DNA of 64,000 bases, from positions 21,197 to 85,196 of the IMG/VR virus record IMGVR_UViG_3300021958_000041, one strand, 5' to 3'. Below are positions 48,559-56,722 of this stretch, piece after piece (the first letter of the stretch is position 1; each line of letters starts with the position of its first letter). The position numbers and the translations under genes were made by a program. The notes under the pieces were generated by a model, which was given only the letters and a program-made list of their open reading frames with translations, ran no database searches and was not told the DNA's origin. Source of the DNA: a virus. Lineage: Duplodnaviria > Caudoviricetes.

Positions 48559-50192
48559 GTAAACCAACATTCATTAGTTTATTTGCGGGAGTTGGAGGTC
48601 TAGATACTGGCTTTGAGAGAGCAGGATGGAAATGTGTAGCAAATGTAGAACTAGATAAAAACGCTGCAGGCGTACTTAGATACCATAGACCAGACATACC
48701 AGTTTTTACGGATATAACTAAAGTAGAACCAGAAGATTTACCAGATGCTGATGCCATCCTATACGGCTTCCCTTGCCAAGATGTCAGTGTTGCGGGTCAA
48801 AGAAAAGGGATGAACAACGAAACTAGAACAGGATTATTTTATCATGCAGCAAGACTTATTCACGGAAAAAGAAATAAAGGACTTAGGTTTGCCTTGGCTG
48901 AGAATGTCTTCGGCCTCCTCAGCGCAGATGATTCTCTTGCACTTCCTAGGGTCATCAGAGAGCTTACCGACATCGGGAGTAATGCAGTCGGATGGACGGT
49001 ATTGGACAGCCAACACGTGGGATGGTGTTCCTCCGAAAAGAGGGTCAAGTCCGTCCCCCAGCGACGTAGACGAGTCTTTATACTCTCGACTTTCGGAGAT
49101 ATTGGAGGAGAATCCATCGCAGAAATATTTGCTCTCAGCGAACGCATGTCAGGGAATATTAGACAGAACGGAAAGAAGAGGAAAGTTGGACAAGCTCCCC
49201 CCGATGCTACGAAAAGCACTGGAGTGGATGTCTACAACGGACAAGAAACTGGAGAAACCGCAGCCACCCTCACAACAGCCGCAGGAATAAGTAATGCAAG
49301 TGGTCCAAAGATTATGGGAGTAGATTTCTATAATAATTCTTTAAATGATGAAACATCCCAGACTTTATCATCAGCAGCAGCAGATAAAAATCACACAGGT
49401 GGAGTTCTAGAAGTAAAAAACTCAGAAGCCATCAGCTTGCAAGGAAGTATGATTGGAAGAGACCACAAGAATGGCCCCCAAGGAGACGGAGTAAATGAAG
49501 ATATTTGCTTCACATTGACATCAGCAGACCAACACGGAGTTGTACATCCAATACAGAATGCAACCCGTGGAAAAGACCAAAATGGTTTAGGAGTCGGAGA
49601 GAAAGAAGACCCTATGTATACATTAGACCACGGAAGTCAGCATGCGATTGCATTTGAGCCTCGCTCTCAAGATGGAATACCGAGAGTTACAGGAAACCCC
49701 GATGAATGCGTAAGCCCTACATTAAATACAATGTCTGGTGGTCAAAGACAGCCAGCAATTGCATGGAGTCAAAGAGGTAGAGATGGAGAGACAATGATTG
49801 AAGATGAAAAAGATGAAGTTAGTCCAGCTTTAAGAACTGCCCCTCAAAGTCAAATGGGAGTTTGTTCGTTGATTGCAGATACAACACCAAAAGGAAAAGA
49901 AGACATAAGTATGGCGTTGAGAGCAACCAAAGAAATGCTCACAAGTACACCTGAATTTGCAATACGTAGACTTACTCCAATTGAATGTGAGAGACTTCAA
50001 GGATTTGATGACAACCATACCGAATACAAGTATGAATGTGAATCAATAGATAATAAATGGGAGATTAAAGAAAAAGACGGAAAACCCATAGAGAAACGAC
50101 AAGCAGATGGCCCTAGATATAAGCAAATGGGAAATGCCGTAAGTGTTACTACTGCTCAATGGATAGCGGAAGGAATGATAAAGCATACATGA
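48555..50192 (+). CDS. C5 cytosine DNA methyltransferase
   Basis: Motif I FAGVGG, IV GFPCQD, VI ENV, VIII QRRRR, IX RRLTPIECERLQGF, X YKQMGNAV; long variable region. Confidence 0.95.
   Translation: MSKPTFISLFAGVGGLDTGFERAGWKCVANVELDKNAAGVLRYHRPDIPVFTDITKVEPEDLPDADAILYGFPCQDVSVAGQRKGMNNETRTGLFYHAARLIHGKRNKGLRFALAENVFGLLSADDSLALPRVIRELTDIGSNAVGWTVLDSQHVGWCSSEKRVKSVPQRRRRVFILSTFGDIGGESIAEIFALSERMSGNIRQNGKKRKVGQAPPDATKSTGVDVYNGQETGETAATLTTAAGISNASGPKIMGVDFYNNSLNDETSQTLSSAAADKNHTGGVLEVKNSEAISLQGSMIGRDHKNGPQGDGVNEDICFTLTSADQHGVVHPIQNATRGKDQNGLGVGEKEDPMYTLDHGSQHAIAFEPRSQDGIPRVTGNPDECVSPTLNTMSGGQRQPAIAWSQRGRDGETMIEDEKDEVSPALRTAPQSQMGVCSLIADTTPKGKEDISMALRATKEMLTSTPEFAIRRLTPIECERLQGFDDNHTEYKYECESIDNKWEIKEKDGKPIEKRQADGPRYKQMGNAVSVTTAQWIAEGMIKHT
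48844..49290 (+). CDS. overlapping +1-frame ORF inside the methyltransferase (M.EcoHK31I beta-like, lacking motif IX)
   Basis: 148 stop-free codons; peptide LSEILEENPSQKYLLSANACQGILDRTERRGK..LPPMLRKALE. Confidence 0.62.
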   Translation: MQQDLFTEKEIKDLGLPWLRMSSASSAQMILLHFLGSSESLPTSGVMQSDGRYWTANTWDGVPPKRGSSPSPSDVDESLYSRLSEILEENPSQKYLLSANACQGILDRTERRGKLDKLPPMLRKALEWMSTTDKKLEKPQPPSQQPQE

Positions 50193-50845
50193 AGTACGAC
50201 AAATTGCTTAAAGATAATTGGAACTTCTTCGCTGAACGAGATGCAATTAAAGCAATTATTACTAATTTCACAGGAACAAAAAAAGATTTTTTTCAACGTG
50301 GAATAGATGAAGTAAACCACATAATAGAGAAAAAAGTATCAATTGATACCATAAATAAATATGAGAAAAGTTTCGCTGTTGATTTTGGTTGCGGTATTGG
50401 GAGATTAACAAAGCCTCTAGCGAAGCATTTCGATGTTGCAGTAGGAATTGATATATCAGAAAAAATGCTAGAAGTAGCGAGACATGAAGCAAGCGCGAGA
50501 AATGCTCAATACTTGGAGTGTCAAAATTCAGATAAACTTCCCATTGCAAGCAATTGCGTAGATTTTATATTAAGCCTCCAAGTTCTGCAACATATACCAA
50601 GAGTTTATAAAATTAATATATTTAAAGAGTTTTACAGAATGTTAAGAAAAAAAGGTAAAGTATATTTCGAGCATCCATATTCAGGTAAAGAAGCAATTCA
50701 TGATAACCATGTGATGCATATGGATGTTTGGGGAATTAATAAATTAGGAGACACATTGACAGATATTGGATTCAAAGTTTTGAATATAGAGTCGCTTGGA
50801 GACAAAGATTTATGGCCAAGAGCCGCCTACACATTAGTAAAATGA
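50189..50845 (+). CDS. class I SAM-dependent methyltransferase
   Basis: VDFGCGIGRL, GIDISEKML, VLQHIP; start taken at the ATGA overlap. Confidence 0.85.
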   Translation: MKYDKLLKDNWNFFAERDAIKAIITNFTGTKKDFFQRGIDEVNHIIEKKVSIDTINKYEKSFAVDFGCGIGRLTKPLAKHFDVAVGIDISEKMLEVARHEASARNAQYLECQNSDKLPIASNCVDFILSLQVLQHIPRVYKINIFKEFYRMLRKKGKVYFEHPYSGKEAIHDNHVMHMDVWGINKLGDTLTDIGFKVLNIESLGDKDLWPRAAYTLVK

Positions 50846-51027
50846 CAAAAACAGAAAAAGAAATGCATATGGAAATCGCTGAATTACAGCGAAAGATACA
50901 AGATTTGAAAGTAGTCCTTGATACAGCACAAGCAGCAATAAGAAGAGCAGAAAGCGTACTTGAGGGAGATAATAAGAGACATGTAATTAATCAATCCGCA
51001 AAATGGGTATTAAAATATAAACTATAA
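50842..51027 (+). CDS. small coiled-coil hypothetical protein
   Basis: ATGA-coupled start; heptad pattern. Confidence 0.5.
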   Translation: MTKTEKEMHMEIAELQRKIQDLKVVLDTAQAAIRRAESVLEGDNKRHVINQSAKWVLKYKL

Positions 51028-51028
51028 A

Positions 51029-51295
51029 ATGAAAAACAGAATAGCTAACTACTTTTGGAGTACAGATTATCCAGAAGTTAACAAAACAACTCACGAACCA
51101 GTAGAGTGGAAAACAATGAATAATCCATTTATCGCAGATGAAGGTTATTTTAAGACGGAGAAGAAGAAAGCAGACAATAAGTCAAAGCTTGAATTAAGTA
51201 AGCCGAGATTAATTTTAGGAATTTATATCATAACTTGTACGTTATATTGTACATATTCTATTTTTAGCTACTTACTAAGCCTGATATTTTCGTAA
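51029..51295 (+). CDS. hypothetical protein with C-terminal TM
   Basis: LILGIYIITCTLYCTYSIFSYLLSLIFS. Confidence 0.55.
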   Translation: MKNRIANYFWSTDYPEVNKTTHEPVEWKTMNNPFIADEGYFKTEKKKADNKSKLELSKPRLILGIYIITCTLYCTYSIFSYLLSLIFS

Positions 51296-51789
51296 TGTAT
51301 AACGAAACTGGAAACGAAACAAAAGTATCCACGCATGATTTAGTGGAAGAAGTATCAAAGAATCTAGATAAGAAAGATTGGAATGGTTGCGTAGGATGTG
51401 CAGATTGCTGTACAATGTTTGCTGTAACCGCACCACTAGCCAAGCAAATGGAAGAGTTTGCCACAGCACATTTTGGTCAGCCTACAGATAAGATACAAAT
51501 AAAGAATCATCATATATGTTCTAAACTCGACCCGAAAACGAGAAAGTGTACTATATATGACTCAAGACCAGAGATATGCAGAACATTTTTTTGCGATGCA
51601 TCAAAAACAAGAGCGAAGACGCATAAATTAATAACCGAGGAAATAGAGAAAAATGACAACAAGACTGACCCAAGAACTATCGACATCTACCCATACCTAT
51701 CCAAGATTAGAAAGGGTCAGGGTCTCTCAGGTCAAGGAAGCGGAGTGGAATCCGAGAAAAGTAACAAGAAAATCTCTAAATCTACTTGA
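51295..51789 (+). CDS. YkgJ family Cys-cluster protein
   Basis: CVGCADCC, C..L....KCTIYDSRPEICRTFFC. Confidence 0.85.
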   Translation: MYNETGNETKVSTHDLVEEVSKNLDKKDWNGCVGCADCCTMFAVTAPLAKQMEEFATAHFGQPTDKIQIKNHHICSKLDPKTRKCTIYDSRPEICRTFFCDASKTRAKTHKLITEEIEKNDNKTDPRTIDIYPYLSKIRKGQGLSGQGSGVESEKSNKKISKST

Positions 51790-52345
51790 GAAAAGCTACG
51801 AAGAATTTGGCAACCTCCAGCCAATAGTAATAAATAAGAGAACAAATAGATTACTAGCAGGCCACCAAAGATTAAAGATACTTAGAAGAAAGAAAGTAGT
51901 AGAAACAGATGCGTGGGTAGTAGACCAAAGTATTGAGAGTGAGAAAGTCATAGCAATTGCACTTAATAATCACGCAGCAGATTTTGATTTAAAAGGGCTT
52001 GGTTCAATCTTGGCTGACTTGCAAGCCATGAAAGATGACCTAGACCATACCCTATTTACCGAAGAGCAAATAGACCGCATTGTACAACAATCATTGCCAC
52101 AATTAGTTGACATAGACCTAGATAACAATAATACTAATAGTACAGATATTGAAAATAGCGAACCTGAGAGCAAATCCACACCTGACACTAACAAAGACGT
52201 AAGCAATGTATTCAAATACGACCTATACTTCGAGAACGCTACAGATAAGTTAAAGTTCCTAGCATATATAAAGAAGCAAGAAAGAAAACGTACAGACATA
52301 AAGCTCAACGGAGAAAATTTACTAATAGCATTTAAAATACCATGA
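51653..52345 (+). CDS. second ParB/Srx-like domain protein
   Basis: WNPRK, FGNLQPIVIN, AGHQRL, ALNN. Confidence 0.82.
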   Translation: MTTRLTQELSTSTHTYPRLERVRVSQVKEAEWNPRKVTRKSLNLLEKSYEEFGNLQPIVINKRTNRLLAGHQRLKILRRKKVVETDAWVVDQSIESEKVIAIALNNHAADFDLKGLGSILADLQAMKDDLDHTLFTEEQIDRIVQQSLPQLVDIDLDNNNTNSTDIENSEPESKSTPDTNKDVSNVFKYDLYFENATDKLKFLAYIKKQERKRTDIKLNGENLLIAFKIP

Positions 52346-52818
52346 ACACTATAACCAGTAAAGTAGGCAGAAAAGATAAGAGACTAGACGAGAAATTTGT
52401 CCTAAACCTTTGTACAGCATTGAAATCGGGAAATACTAAGAAGAATGCTTGCCTACTAGCTGGATGTTCAGAGACTCAACTTTACAAATGGTTAAGAGAC
52501 CCAAACTGCGAAGTAGAAGATACCCTCGCTTGGCAATTTGCGTCTTCCATAAAAAGGAGCATAGCAGAAGCGCAAAATCGAAATATCGTTTTAATCCAGA
52601 AAGCCGCCCAGAATAATTGGCAGGCAAGTGCTTGGTATTTAGAGAGAAGTGACCCACAGAACTGGGGTAAGAGAGAGCGTCACGAGATAAGTGGCCCAGA
52701 TGGAAACCCTATAGAGACTGTAGCAATTACAGAGCAGGCCCTAGATAATGCCAGCTTAGATACTGTACTTAGTAAGTATAATAAAGCGCAAGAATACAAG
52801 TCCCAGCTAAGAAACTAA
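52342..52818 (+). CDS. terS: terminase small subunit
   Basis: N-terminal HTH (ACLLAGCSETQLYKW), WQASAWYLER, EISGPDGNPI. Confidence 0.75.
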   Translation: MNTITSKVGRKDKRLDEKFVLNLCTALKSGNTKKNACLLAGCSETQLYKWLRDPNCEVEDTLAWQFASSIKRSIAEAQNRNIVLIQKAAQNNWQASAWYLERSDPQNWGKRERHEISGPDGNPIETVAITEQALDNASLDTVLSKYNKAQEYKSQLRN

Positions 52819-52841
52819 CCATAGGCGAGCCTAAAACGGCT

Positions 52842-52979
52842 CTGGGAACCCAAGCAAGGCGGTGCATCAAGATTTTTGCATAAACGCTTTCTAGTAGCCT
52901 TCTACCCCGCTTAAAATAAATTTTTAGAGCCACAGGCTCAGGTAGCTGGGAACCTAGTCGGGGCGGTGCATCAAGATTT
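52842..52979 (+). repeat. 34-bp imperfect direct repeat, two copies 104 bp apart
   Basis: CTGGGAACC-N7-GGCGGTGCATCAAGATTT at 52842-52875 and 52946-52979. Confidence 0.85.
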
Positions 52980-53165
52980 GGCAATATACTGCAGTATAGA
53001 AAATACCCTAGGCTCTGGTGGTGGTTTGGGCTGTACCAGCCCGTGGCAAAAGTACACCTTGGCTTGGGTTGGTTGGTTGGCCTAACCACCTGGAGCGCAG
53101 CGAGATAAACCCCCTAGGCACAGATATATAATAATATAGAAAATATATTTTTTTATACAAAATAC

Positions 53166-53194
53166 TTGACATATAGCTACTTATGCAGTACTTT
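53166..53194 (+). promoter_or_regulatory. sigma70-like early promoter
   Basis: TTGACA-N17-TACTTT with upstream A/T tract. Confidence 0.75.
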
Positions 53195-53317
53195 AGTTTA
53201 TAAATAACAATAACCAAATAACAATTAACATAATGAAATATGGATTTAATTAATATAATAGTATTTAGCTTAGTTGCATATTGCGTAATTAAGCTAATCC
53301 AAACCCTATCAGGCTCT

Positions 53318-53416
53318 ATGGGTAATCAGTGTGACTCTTGCGGTCGCCACCTTACGCCCCTAGTAGATAAAAAAATAGTTGTCTGTCAAAAATGCGTGGA
53401 CAATGAACCCCATTAA
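53318..53416 (+). CDS. 32-aa zinc-ribbon-like peptide (absent from ORF track)
   Basis: MGNQCDSCGRHLTPLVDKKIVVCQKCVDNEPH: two CxxC pairs. Confidence 0.4.
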   Translation: MGNQCDSCGRHLTPLVDKKIVVCQKCVDNEPH

Positions 53417-53421
53417 TAAAA

Positions 53422-53637
53422 ATGAATATAATTAGAGATAAAGACGAAGTAACAATTAACCCCTCGGCTAAACACATAGTCATTAACGGAGATTTAGAAT
53501 CAGGACATAAGTTCTATGGACCTTTTGATAATCTAGAAAAAGCAAACGAATTCATGAACGAGTATTTCCCTAACTTCTGGGCATCTTGTAATGCGTTCGA
53601 AGTATCTAACCCACCAACCAAATCAGAAAATGAGTAA
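53422..53637 (+). CDS. hypothetical protein
   Basis: 71 aa; FYGPFDN motif; A-rich leader. Confidence 0.55.
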   Translation: MNIIRDKDEVTINPSAKHIVINGDLESGHKFYGPFDNLEKANEFMNEYFPNFWASCNAFEVSNPPTKSENE

Positions 53638-53857
53638 CGGATATAGTAACGAGGCAACCTATAATGTAGCAATTTGGATTCTCAATGATGAGGGTCTATA
53701 TAGCATGGCGCGAAGATTTAGAAATAAATTAAAGCCTTATGTTGAATTTTGTGAGTCATTACGTGAGTGTGGCACACTAGAGACACCCGATAAGGTAGCC
53801 TATAATGATTCATCCTTAGATGTGGATGAACTCAACCAATTAATCGAGGAGCTATAA
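53630..53857 (+). CDS. conserved-looking small phage protein
   Basis: NGYSNEATYNVAIWILNDEGLY motif that I recognise from other phage early genes. Confidence 0.6.
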   Translation: MSNGYSNEATYNVAIWILNDEGLYSMARRFRNKLKPYVEFCESLRECGTLETPDKVAYNDSSLDVDELNQLIEEL

Positions 53858-53858
53858 A

Positions 53859-54470
53859 ATGCCTAGATTTAACGCAAATTTAGTCTGGGTAGATGAGCAA
53901 GTTACCCCCCCAGCTATTCCAGCGTACCTATTAAAAGGTAACCCGTGGGTGCTTAATGTTAAGTTCTTGCGAAAGAAGCACGCTTACATGAAGTCTAGAT
54001 TTAAGTATCTAAAGAAGTATAATGGGCTATTCCCTCTAAAGGCGTACCCTGAGCTTCCTGCGGATAGTAACTTCATTAGGTGTGTGCTTAATGCTATGCG
54101 TGCAAATTGGAATAACTTCGTTCATCTAGTTGACAAAGATGGCGAGAGCCACGATTTAAGAAACCACACTGCACCTAAATTATTCGAGCCACCCATTGTA
54201 TCAAACAAGATACCAAGACTTGAAGTAACCGCTACCTACCCAAATCAGAGAACCACAGTCACAAGGGTATCCCCGCTGCGAAAATGGGAAAACGGGTCAT
54301 CACTTCGTCCTTGGACACTTACCGCATATGATTTAAATAAGGGCTTGGTTAAAGCTATATCGGATTATCCAGTAATTGAGGAGCGAGCCAGAGAAGGTAG
54401 TGGGCATGGTTATATCGGAAATATAATTTGCCAATATGCTTTATTTGGAAAGCAAATTTTTTCTCCATAA
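53859..54470 (+). CDS. hypothetical protein
   Basis: 203-aa ORF 1 nt after previous stop. Confidence 0.6.
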   Translation: MPRFNANLVWVDEQVTPPAIPAYLLKGNPWVLNVKFLRKKHAYMKSRFKYLKKYNGLFPLKAYPELPADSNFIRCVLNAMRANWNNFVHLVDKDGESHDLRNHTAPKLFEPPIVSNKIPRLEVTATYPNQRTTVTRVSPLRKWENGSSLRPWTLTAYDLNKGLVKAISDYPVIEERAREGSGHGYIGNIICQYALFGKQIFSP

Positions 54471-54474
54471 TTAC

Positions 54475-54507
54475 TTGACATTTAAATGTAATGACATTAT
54501 ATATAAT
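54475..54507 (+). promoter_or_regulatory. sigma70-like promoter
   Basis: TTGACA then TATATA at spacer 17 (TATAAT a few nt later); ATG follows at 54511. Confidence 0.5.
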
Positions 54508-54510
54508 ACT

Positions 54511-55365
54511 ATGAGTTTTAGAGATAAGATAAAAACAATTATATCATCAGAGATAAATTACTTTAACAGAGACCACCACGGCTTAACCTTAAAGTTAGAT
54601 TCTGTCACCGCGCCATCAGTCGCAAATGTTCAAGCAAGGCATACTATGACTGAGGCAAAAGCTAATCGTCTAATAAGAACAAACCGCGCGCATAGATTTA
54701 AGTTTAGCGGAAAGTTAGTTTACGAAGGCCCAAGATACGAGTGGTACAATAGATGTATAGCATGGAAGCGTGTTAATTGGCATGATGAAGTTGAAGCTGT
54801 AACTGAAATGGTTGAAGCGGTGGCAGAGTATGACGCCATTAGATGTTCATGCGAACTAAGTGCAATTGGTGATGATAGAGTTCAATGGCTATCCCAAGAA
54901 AACCTCAAGCATAGCGCTGGCGTAGATATAGAATACAAGTTTGAGTTTAATATGACTCAAGTTATAGACAGAGATTATATGCATTGTGGCGCAGAATATG
55001 AAAATGAATTTCGGAGTTACGCAATAGAGTTATTCCGTAAACCACGCAGTAGAGCAAGGAGCGTACATCGCTCACTTAGTTGGATTCCAAACGAGATTGC
55101 ACAACGTGAGCATGATACTGCACGTGGTAGACCGAGTAATAGAAACCTATATCAATATATTATGGATAACCTTCCATATCACAGACCTACGGCATGCTAT
55201 ATCACAGGTAAAGCAGTTCCTGAAAATGATACCCATGTAGATGAAGAAGCAAAGTTTGGCGAGCACGGACAAGAATATCCAGAATACGAAACCGAAGGCT
55301 CTCCAAATACAACAATGGAAGAAATATTACATTCAACAACACTAGAACAACTACTTGCCCCCTAG
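54511..55365 (+). CDS. hypothetical protein
   Basis: Long ORF; start placed downstream of the promoter (track start 54436). Confidence 0.65.
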   Translation: MSFRDKIKTIISSEINYFNRDHHGLTLKLDSVTAPSVANVQARHTMTEAKANRLIRTNRAHRFKFSGKLVYEGPRYEWYNRCIAWKRVNWHDEVEAVTEMVEAVAEYDAIRCSCELSAIGDDRVQWLSQENLKHSAGVDIEYKFEFNMTQVIDRDYMHCGAEYENEFRSYAIELFRKPRSRARSVHRSLSWIPNEIAQREHDTARGRPSNRNLYQYIMDNLPYHRPTACYITGKAVPENDTHVDEEAKFGEHGQEYPEYETEGSPNTTMEEILHSTTLEQLLAP

Positions 55366-55395
55366 TCAGGGCGGTACATACACGAAAGGAAAATA

Positions 55396-55542
55396 ATGAG
55401 AATTAACTACATGCAGGACAGCCTATACAACTACAAGGTGGCACTATGGCGAAGGGCACTAATCCACTTTGGCTTTGGCATCCACCCCGCTGTGGGCGAG
55501 AAATTACTATGGAAACTAGCTCCCTATTCCCTAGTAGGATAA
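55396..55542 (+). CDS. small hypothetical protein (48 aa, absent from ORF track)
   Basis: MRINYMQDSLYNYKVALWRRAL...; GAAAGGA upstream. Confidence 0.4.
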   Translation: MRINYMQDSLYNYKVALWRRALIHFGFGIHPAVGEKLLWKLAPYSLVG

Positions 55543-55572
55543 AATAAAAGTGAAAAAAAGTTAAAAATTTAT

Positions 55573-55601
55573 TTGACATATAGCAAAGTATGATGTACTT
55601 T
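55573..55601 (+). promoter_or_regulatory. sigma70-like early promoter
   Basis: TTGACA-N17-TACTTT; first part nearly identical to the 53166 promoter. Confidence 0.78.
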
Positions 55602-55643
55602 GTTTATATTCACCAATAATAATAACCAAATAAAATAAAAATT

Positions 55644-56558
55644 ATGGACATAGATAAGCAATTAGAATTATTTGACGGACAGAAAACGCGCGGAGAAAAT
55701 TGGACATTTGGCGTAGAGTTAGAATGCCTACTCCCACGTGATTATGCCGAGGGCATTGACATCGGAGATTATCATTGCGGTGAACCCGTGTATGAAGCCC
55801 CTAAATTCAACGGCAGACGTTGGCTAGTAGAGCATGACTCTTCCGTTTCTAGTCGGAGTTACGACAGATATGGATGCGAGTTTGTATCACCTATCTTGAA
55901 AGGCAATGACGGAGTTCAAAATGTACTCGATTTTACAGATTGGCTCAAGTCTCATAACACTAGAGTTAATACATCATGTGGCTTACATATTCACATCGGC
56001 ATCGACTCAGTGTTAGGCAGAAATCCATCATCGGCAAAGATTGTACAATTCGTAACACGAGTTGCTCACCTTAGCTATCGTTGGCAAGATGCCCTATACT
56101 CACAGACTGGCACTCGACGTGACAGAAATCATTATTGCCAACGCATTAATGATGCATCTGGCTGGGTACTCAGTGTTCAAAATGAGCATGAAAGAGCGCC
56201 ATCAGAAAAGTGCCGTCACGATACTAGGCTTCGTAGCTTGGAGAGATACGCTCCTGTAAATCTTCAAAATATGAACGGCAAGGGTACGATAGAATTTAGA
56301 GCATTCGCTGGCACTCTGAATAAGAGTAAGATTCTACACCACCTTTGGACAGCCTTTTGTATCGTACATAACGCAAAACGTAATATCTCGCTTAAACAAA
56401 TGAAGTGGGAGCAAAAATCACTGAAAGGTAAAGATTCACTAAAATGGTTTCACCACCATCTTGGCAGAAATTTCTTTCTCCCGATTTTTAAAGAAAACTT
56501 TGCTACCATGCGTAGGAAAGCTGAGACGTTATCCGAGCAATACGATAATCGAATTTAA
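55644..56558 (+). CDS. putative amidoligase (COOH-NH2 ligase type 2, Amidoligase_2)
   Basis: TFGVELE, DSS, EFVSPIL, SCGLHIHIG, TIEFRAF. Confidence 0.88.
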   Translation: MDIDKQLELFDGQKTRGENWTFGVELECLLPRDYAEGIDIGDYHCGEPVYEAPKFNGRRWLVEHDSSVSSRSYDRYGCEFVSPILKGNDGVQNVLDFTDWLKSHNTRVNTSCGLHIHIGIDSVLGRNPSSAKIVQFVTRVAHLSYRWQDALYSQTGTRRDRNHYCQRINDASGWVLSVQNEHERAPSEKCRHDTRLRSLERYAPVNLQNMNGKGTIEFRAFAGTLNKSKILHHLWTAFCIVHNAKRNISLKQMKWEQKSLKGKDSLKWFHHHLGRNFFLPIFKENFATMRRKAETLSEQYDNRI

Positions 56559-56574
56559 TTGCTTGTCCTAGCAA

Positions 56575-56617
56575 GTGGGGCAAGCGGGCATAAACACTCG
56601 CTTGTTCCACATTATTT
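56575..56617 (+). terminator. RNA hairpin / probable terminator after amidoligase
   Basis: 14-bp stem GTGGGGCAAGCGGG / CTCGCTTGTTCCAC with three G-U pairs, 8-nt loop, then ATTATTT. Confidence 0.6.
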
Positions 56618-56637
56618 AAAAATAAACAAAAATATAC

Positions 56638-56666
56638 TTGACTTTATACAACTTTAAGTGTACATT
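56638..56666 (+). promoter_or_regulatory. sigma70-like early promoter
   Basis: TTGACT-N17-TACATT. Confidence 0.75.
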
Positions 56667-56722
56667 GTTTATATAAGATAAAACACCACTAACAAATAAA
56701 AATAAATAGAAAGATAAAAATT

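Noticed and set aside
52842-52979. Possible mini-CRISPR array
   Set aside because: Only two copies, with a 7-nt variable centre and a 70-nt gap, no palindromic repeat structure and no cas genes
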